A stretch of DNA of 28,633 bases from Anaerohalosphaeraceae bacterium (GTDB taxonomy: Bacteria > Planctomycetota > Phycisphaerae > Sedimentisphaerales > Anaerohalosphaeraceae). Shown here piece by piece: positions 23,574 through 28,633 of this stretch. The notes under the pieces were generated by a model. It saw nothing but the letters and a program-made list of their open reading frames with translations, did no database searches and had not been told where the DNA came from. The position numbers and the translations under genes are program-made. The stretch spans positions 1-28,633 of the forward strand of contig JBNRMN010000017.1 in the NCBI GenBank assembly GCA_050309605.1. The letters are read 5' to 3'. The stretch's first letter is position 1. Each line of letters begins with the position of its first letter.

Positions 23574-25673
23574 CTAATATCCCGCCATGATTCGGGCCTT
23601 CAACAGGACCACCGCCGCGGAAAGCTGCGCATCGGTCATCAGCATCTGCTGCGTCAGCGATTCGGTCTGCAAATCCGACTGCGTTTCAGGCTCCCTGGAC
23701 ATCAGCTGTCGGCGGCGTTCGAGCTGAATCTCTCGAATACGGCTTTGTTCATACGCAAACAGCGGCAGTTCAATCGTCGGGGCGATTCCCCAATCCGTGC
23801 GGTTCTGCGCTTCCAGTTTATAGCGATTCTGCACCGCCCGTCCGTCGGGAAGGTAGTAATAAGCGGAGGTAAATTTCAGTCGTCCGCCGGCAGGTCCCAG
23901 ATTCACAACCTCTTGCACCGAGCCTTTGCCGTAGCTTCTGCGGCCGATCAGCGTCGCCTGATCGGGCAATCGCACCGCGGCGACCCCGGCGACAATCTCC
24001 GAGGCACTGGCGCTGCCCTCATCAATCAAAATCACGATCGGATACGTCCGACGCGCCCCGTTGGGCCGGGCGTGCCAGACGGTATTGTTTTCACCCCGAC
24101 CGCGGCTGCTCAGCAGCACCCCGTCGTCAATGAACAAGTTCGCAAACGCCGTCGCCTCATTCAGCAGGCCGCCGCCGTTGCCGCGCATATCCACGATCAG
24201 CCCGCCGAGCTGCTGCTGTTCGAGTTGTTCCAGAACGCATTTGGCCTGCTCGGCGGTTTTTTCGGTAAAGCCGTGCAGATGGAGATAACCGATGCGATCT
24301 TTCGCATCCAGAAAATAATCCCAGTGCCCCTGCATCGTGCCGTTGTCGGCACGCTGGGCCCCCTCGACGGTGGGCAAGACGATTTTTTGCCGCGTTACCG
24401 TTACGACCTGACTTGAGTCCGCTCCGGCCGGTCGCACCGTCAGACTGACCGATGTTCCCACCGGCCCCGAAATAAGCCGAACCGCACAGTCGGTGGGCAT
24501 GGATCGGGTGGATTGTCCGTCAACCGCCAGGATGATATCGTCGGCCGCAAGCGTCGTCTCGGCTGCGGGTGTATCGGGAATGACCGACACGATGACCAGA
24601 TGCTCGCCGTCCTTGCGAACGCGAATCCCGACGCCGCCGAACTGACCGGTCAGATTCTTTTCAAAGACGTCCACCCCCTCCGGCCAGACGACCTCGGTAT
24701 AGGGATCCAGCGCCCCCAGTGCCGCTTCCGTAAATTGAGCAATAATGACGCCTTCGGGCAGCTTCAGCGTGGTTTCATTGATCGCCAGCAGCGTATCCAG
24801 CACCGCGGCCGCATCTGTGGACGCGGCGGCTTTCGGATTCGCTTCAAGACGGTTGAGATGGTCCGTCCAGGCCGAAAAACTATTCGGATCGGATCGCACG
24901 GCAAGCGACACCGTTGGATTGCTCAAGGCGTCCGGCAGCCGCTTCAGCCGCTGCAAGCCCGCTTTGACGAGGTCATCAAACGGCATCGGTTCGACGTATT
25001 GACCTTCCAGAATCTCAAACACGCGCACCGCCGTTTCCCGTTTGACCAGTGCATAAGGCACCGCCGATTCATCGCAGGGATTGACGCGAATGGCATTGAC
25101 GATAGCCCGTCGCTGTTTGATATCCTCGACGGCATCGCGATATGGCTGCGGCTCGAACACCACCAGCCAACTGAGCCATTTGCTCCAGGACGCATCCCAC
25201 CGGCCGGCCTGAACGTCTGCTTCAAAGTGCTCATAGACGGCATTCCGCAGCGACAGATACGTCGTTCGCTTGAGTAAATCCGCTCGTTCGACTTCGGTCG
25301 CGTTGTCCCAGGCCGCCTTAAACAACGCCATGGCGTCGCGCAGCACCTCTTCCTCGGCGCCGTCCACATCCAGCGCTTCCAGCGCCTCGCATTTTTCATG
25401 AACGATGGCACGCCGCTGTTCCTGCCGCTGTTGCTGGAGTGCCATATGCTCCAGTAAAAGGCCGCGCAACTGACGAACCTGCGGATCTGTGCGGTCCTCG
25501 ACGGATTGCAGCACCTCCAGCGCCTGTGCCCACTGACCTGCCAGAACGTATTCGGTCGCTTGCCTGACGGCATCCGTTGACGCCCGAACGCCGCCGCAAA
25601 CCCCCATAAAAACGGCTGCCGCTATGAAAACAGCAAACCGTAGATTGAAATCCATTTTATCGGCTTTTTGCAT
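23574..25673 (-). CDS. S41-family carboxyl-terminal processing protease with PDZ domain and signal peptide
   Basis: LDPYT, GQFGGVGI, PDZ region, DMRGNGGGLL, SASASEI (catalytic Ser), GRRSYGKGSVQ (Lys), YYLPDGR, WGIAP; hydrophobic N-terminus. Confidence 0.93.
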   Translation of the reverse strand: MQKADKMDFNLRFAVFIAAAVFMGVCGGVRASTDAVRQATEYVLAGQWAQALEVLQSVEDRTDPQVRQLRGLLLEHMALQQQRQEQRRAIVHEKCEALEALDVDGAEEEVLRDAMALFKAAWDNATEVERADLLKRTTYLSLRNAVYEHFEADVQAGRWDASWSKWLSWLVVFEPQPYRDAVEDIKQRRAIVNAIRVNPCDESAVPYALVKRETAVRVFEILEGQYVEPMPFDDLVKAGLQRLKRLPDALSNPTVSLAVRSDPNSFSAWTDHLNRLEANPKAAASTDAAAVLDTLLAINETTLKLPEGVIIAQFTEAALGALDPYTEVVWPEGVDVFEKNLTGQFGGVGIRVRKDGEHLVIVSVIPDTPAAETTLAADDIILAVDGQSTRSMPTDCAVRLISGPVGTSVSLTVRPAGADSSQVVTVTRQKIVLPTVEGAQRADNGTMQGHWDYFLDAKDRIGYLHLHGFTEKTAEQAKCVLEQLEQQQLGGLIVDMRGNGGGLLNEATAFANLFIDDGVLLSSRGRGENNTVWHARPNGARRTYPIVILIDEGSASASEIVAGVAAVRLPDQATLIGRRSYGKGSVQEVVNLGPAGGRLKFTSAYYYLPDGRAVQNRYKLEAQNRTDWGIAPTIELPLFAYEQSRIREIQLERRRQLMSREPETQSDLQTESLTQQMLMTDAQLSAAVVLLKARIMAGY

Positions 25674-25857
25674 TTCGCTTGTGTTTCACCGCAGTACTTT
25701 CAACACAGTTTCTTTTAGCATACCCGGTTGCTCGTCAAAAATCAAGACCGATAACCGAGAACCTGTCTGCTCGGTCGAATTCGGCGTTTGTGGGGTCATT
25801 TTAATATCGCCTTCTGTCATTCCGGGTACAGGAAAGAATCTATCTCAGGCGTGTCGT

Positions 25858-26979
25858 TTATTTGTCGATGCGGGCAGAGATACACACGTCGGTCTCAAAC
25901 GTGCTGATGCACACACGGCTCAGCGGCCGCTCACTGACCAGAGCGGTCACGTGGTGTGCCAAATCCGCTCGGCTGTTTCCGCCGAGCAGCAGTGCGGCGA
26001 TGTAAATTCGAACCTCATCGGCCAAATTGTGCCGAAGAAATTCGGTCAGCAAAGTTGGCCCGGCCTCCACGAGCACCTGCTGAACTCCGCGCCGGCCCAG
26101 TGCCGTCAGGGTTTCGTTCAGATCGCACCGATTCTCGGTCTCGCGCACTGCCAGCACCGCAACGCCGGCGTCTTTCAATTTATCCACCTGGGCGAACTCT
26201 GTTTGTGCCGTGTGTTGGGTCGTTACGATCAGTGTCGGCGCTTCAGGCACGGTAATCAACCGACAGTCCCACGGCATTCGCAGCCGGCTGTCCAGCACCA
26301 CCCGCAGCGGGGGGCGTTCAATCGTCCGTCCGTCCTCAAGACGCACCGTCAGCCGCGGATTGTCGGTCAGCACCGTACTGATGCCGGTCAGCACGGCCTG
26401 CACTTTTTTGCGAATCCGATGCACATCCCGACGGCTTGTTTCGTTGGAAATCCACGCGCCTTGGGCCGGCGGATTTTTCCAGGCCAGCTTGCCGTCGATG
26501 GATTGTGCCCATTTGAGGATGACCCACGGCAATCCGGTGCGGCCGTGCTTATAGAACGGGGCGTTCAGTTCCTCGGCCTGGTCGCGACTAAGCCCGACGT
26601 TGACATCGATCCCGGCCGCCTGAAGCTGCTCGATGCCGCCGCCGGCCTGCGGCGTTGGATCTTCGGCGGCAATGACCGCGCGGCGAATTCCCGCGGCGAT
26701 GACCGCCTTGCTGCACGGCGGCGTCTTACCCGTATGACGGCACGGCTCCAATGTGACATACATCGTCGCCCCGGCCGGATCGTATCCCTTGGCGCGGCAA
26801 TCAGCCAGCGCCTCGACCTCAGCATGCAGCCCGCCGAACCGCCGATGCCATCCCTGACCGATTTCACGCCCGTCTTTGACGAGGACACATCCCACCGCGG
26901 GATTCGGCTCAACCTCGCCCAATCCCTTTGCAGCCAGGGCCAGCGCCTGCTGCATCCAATGTTCATCCGTTTGTGCCAT
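25858..26979 (-). CDS. ribD: Riboflavin biosynthesis bifunctional deaminase/reductase
   Basis: PNPAVGCV, HAEVEAL, YVTLEPC.HTGKTPPC, KWAQSIDGK, DNPRLTVR, LVEAGP. Confidence 0.97.
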   Translation of the reverse strand: MAQTDEHWMQQALALAAKGLGEVEPNPAVGCVLVKDGREIGQGWHRRFGGLHAEVEALADCRAKGYDPAGATMYVTLEPCRHTGKTPPCSKAVIAAGIRRAVIAAEDPTPQAGGGIEQLQAAGIDVNVGLSRDQAEELNAPFYKHGRTGLPWVILKWAQSIDGKLAWKNPPAQGAWISNETSRRDVHRIRKKVQAVLTGISTVLTDNPRLTVRLEDGRTIERPPLRVVLDSRLRMPWDCRLITVPEAPTLIVTTQHTAQTEFAQVDKLKDAGVAVLAVRETENRCDLNETLTALGRRGVQQVLVEAGPTLLTEFLRHNLADEVRIYIAALLLGGNSRADLAHHVTALVSERPLSRVCISTFETDVCISARIDK

Positions 26980-27040
26980 AACCGTAATTTTATGTGTCCA
27001 GGACCAACCAAGTCAACCAAAATAGACGGGATGCAGCAGT

Positions 27041-28483
27041 TTACAGATTCGGCGGTTCGTGAAAGCCGTTGCCGGTTGGCGGGGGTATTTCCGGCTCCGG
27101 TTCCGGTTCCACGATGCGAAGCGTTCGCCATTGGCCGCCGCGGTAGCGCAGATAAAACACAAAACTGAAGCTCATAAACACCAGACACAGCGCCAGCCAG
27201 GCCCCCAGTGGTCCAACATGAAACACCCGCAGCAGCACATACAGCACCGCGACCAAAATCCAGTGAAAGGTTACCGAGATGCACATCGCCCAGAACGTGT
27301 CGCCCGCGCCGCGCAGCGCGCCGCTGAAGACCAGAAACATGGCATCGGCCATAACGTACAGCGCCGCCAGTCGCAGCATTGATTCAGCCAGCGGAACCAC
27401 GTCTGCAAACACCCCCGTCGGATCGGCGGGTCGAAAGACGGCTACGAGATGGCCGGGAAAGACCGCAAAGGCAATCAGCGTACACGTTGAATAGACCCAC
27501 GCCAGCTTCAGTCCGGACAGCGTCGCCCGGTGGGCCGTATCGGGCAGGGCGGCGCCCATATACCGTCCGACCAGGCTGGTCACCCCGATGTTGATGCCGA
27601 TCAGCGGCACAAACGCCACCATATCCCAGTTAAACACCACCGTCACCGCCGCGGCGGTCACGACGCCCTGAGACTGAAAAAGAAAAATCATCAGCGTAAA
27701 AGCCAGCAGGTTGAGAAAAAACTCCAGCCCCGCCGGATACCCGTAACGGCACAGCTTCAGCAGGACGTGTTTGTCAAAGCGCAAACTCTCTTTGATGTGG
27801 TAGGTTCTGCGATTGTCGGCTCGCAGATACGCCGCGGCCAGCACCGCCAGTCCGCACACTCCGCCGGCAATTGTTCCGATGGCCGCACCGCGAATTCCCA
27901 TTGCCGGCAATCCGAATTTGCCGAAGATCAGGGCGTAATTGGCCCCGACATTGACGATCATGGCGCTGATGGCCGAGACCATCACGACGCGGGTTTTGCC
28001 GATGCCGGAGAAAAAACAGCTCAGGCAGTTACGCAGCAGTCCCGCAATCGTGCCGTAAATCAGGATATTGAAATAGATTCGCTGCGGCTCAAGCTGCGCG
28101 GGCGGAATATCAACCACTTCAAACAGCAGCAGGGATAGCGGGCGTGCGGCCAGAATGATCGGATAGGCCGCTGCCGCAATCAGCATCGCCTGGGTGACCG
28201 TCAGCGCACAGTATTTGTCTCGTCCGCCGCCGAGATATTGGGCCACCAGCGCGGTCGTATAGCCGGTCAGGCCGAGAAAAAACGTCATCATTGAAAAGCT
28301 CGCCAGCCCGCCGGCCATGGCTGCGCTCATCAGCTCCGGCCCCAGCCGCGACAAAAACAGCCGGTCGGTGAAGGTCATCACCGTTTCGCACGCACTGGAG
28401 ACCACCATCGGCAGGGCGATGGCGACCATTTGCCGGATGCCGCCGGGGCCGTCAAGATGGGTTTTCAATAGATTATTCAGCAT
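27041..28483 (-). CDS. MATE-family efflux transporter
   Basis: IALPMVVS, FTDRLFLSRLG, VAQYLG, FFSGIGKTR, LIFGKFGLPAMGIRGAAIGT, VGRYMGA, GALRGAGDT; Pro/Glu-rich C-terminal tail. Confidence 0.95.
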   Translation of the reverse strand: MLNNLLKTHLDGPGGIRQMVAIALPMVVSSACETVMTFTDRLFLSRLGPELMSAAMAGGLASFSMMTFFLGLTGYTTALVAQYLGGGRDKYCALTVTQAMLIAAAAYPIILAARPLSLLLFEVVDIPPAQLEPQRIYFNILIYGTIAGLLRNCLSCFFSGIGKTRVVMVSAISAMIVNVGANYALIFGKFGLPAMGIRGAAIGTIAGGVCGLAVLAAAYLRADNRRTYHIKESLRFDKHVLLKLCRYGYPAGLEFFLNLLAFTLMIFLFQSQGVVTAAAVTVVFNWDMVAFVPLIGINIGVTSLVGRYMGAALPDTAHRATLSGLKLAWVYSTCTLIAFAVFPGHLVAVFRPADPTGVFADVVPLAESMLRLAALYVMADAMFLVFSGALRGAGDTFWAMCISVTFHWILVAVLYVLLRVFHVGPLGAWLALCLVFMSFSFVFYLRYRGGQWRTLRIVEPEPEPEIPPPTGNGFHEPPNL

Positions 28484-28633
28484 TCAAAATATCCATTAAA
28501 CGAGCGGCGTTTTGTCAAAAATTTTTCCTATATTTATCTTAAAATCCCTTATATCAAAGGACTTACACCAGTTACTGTTTTTCCCTGTTTTTATTGACTA
28601 ATTTGGATTTTTGGAAAAAATGTGTGGGCGTCG

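Noticed and set aside
25624..27168. 514-aa plus-strand ORF
   Set aside because: Antisense shadow of ribD, also overlapping the protease and MATE genes.

Overview
Bacterial chromosomal window, GC-rich coding DNA with AT-rich intergenic gaps. Gene content and protein style suggest Planctomycetota, probably Phycisphaerae/Sedimentisphaerales (inference, not checked by search). Housekeeping genes: carB, an RluB-type pseudouridine synthase, yitJ, a short RNase Z, purF-purM, yggS, an S41 protease, ribD and a MATE transporter. There are three IS relics: the right end of an IS66-type element at the window start, and an ISNCY-type fragment fused back-to-back to an IS1634-type fragment at 4.6-5.15 kb. 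Two regions stand out. (1) At 5.2-9.0 kb is a minus-strand cluster: sensorless histidine kinase with a degenerate ATP lid, small MerR-type HTH under a perfect 26-bp palindrome, divergent FlgB-like protein, FlhG, and FliA/WhiG sigma-28. It has sigma-28-like promoters but no flhF or other flagellar genes, so it may be a repurposed flagellar regulatory module. (2) At 19.9-20.2 kb is an unannotated ~100-nt structured RNA candidate with a near-consensus promoter, a cUUCGg hairpin, a C7-loop stem and a U7 tail. It is followed by two exact 32-bp direct repeats and is divergent from a topoisomerase VI subunit A gene that has no B subunit nearby. All family calls come from motif recognition, without database searches.
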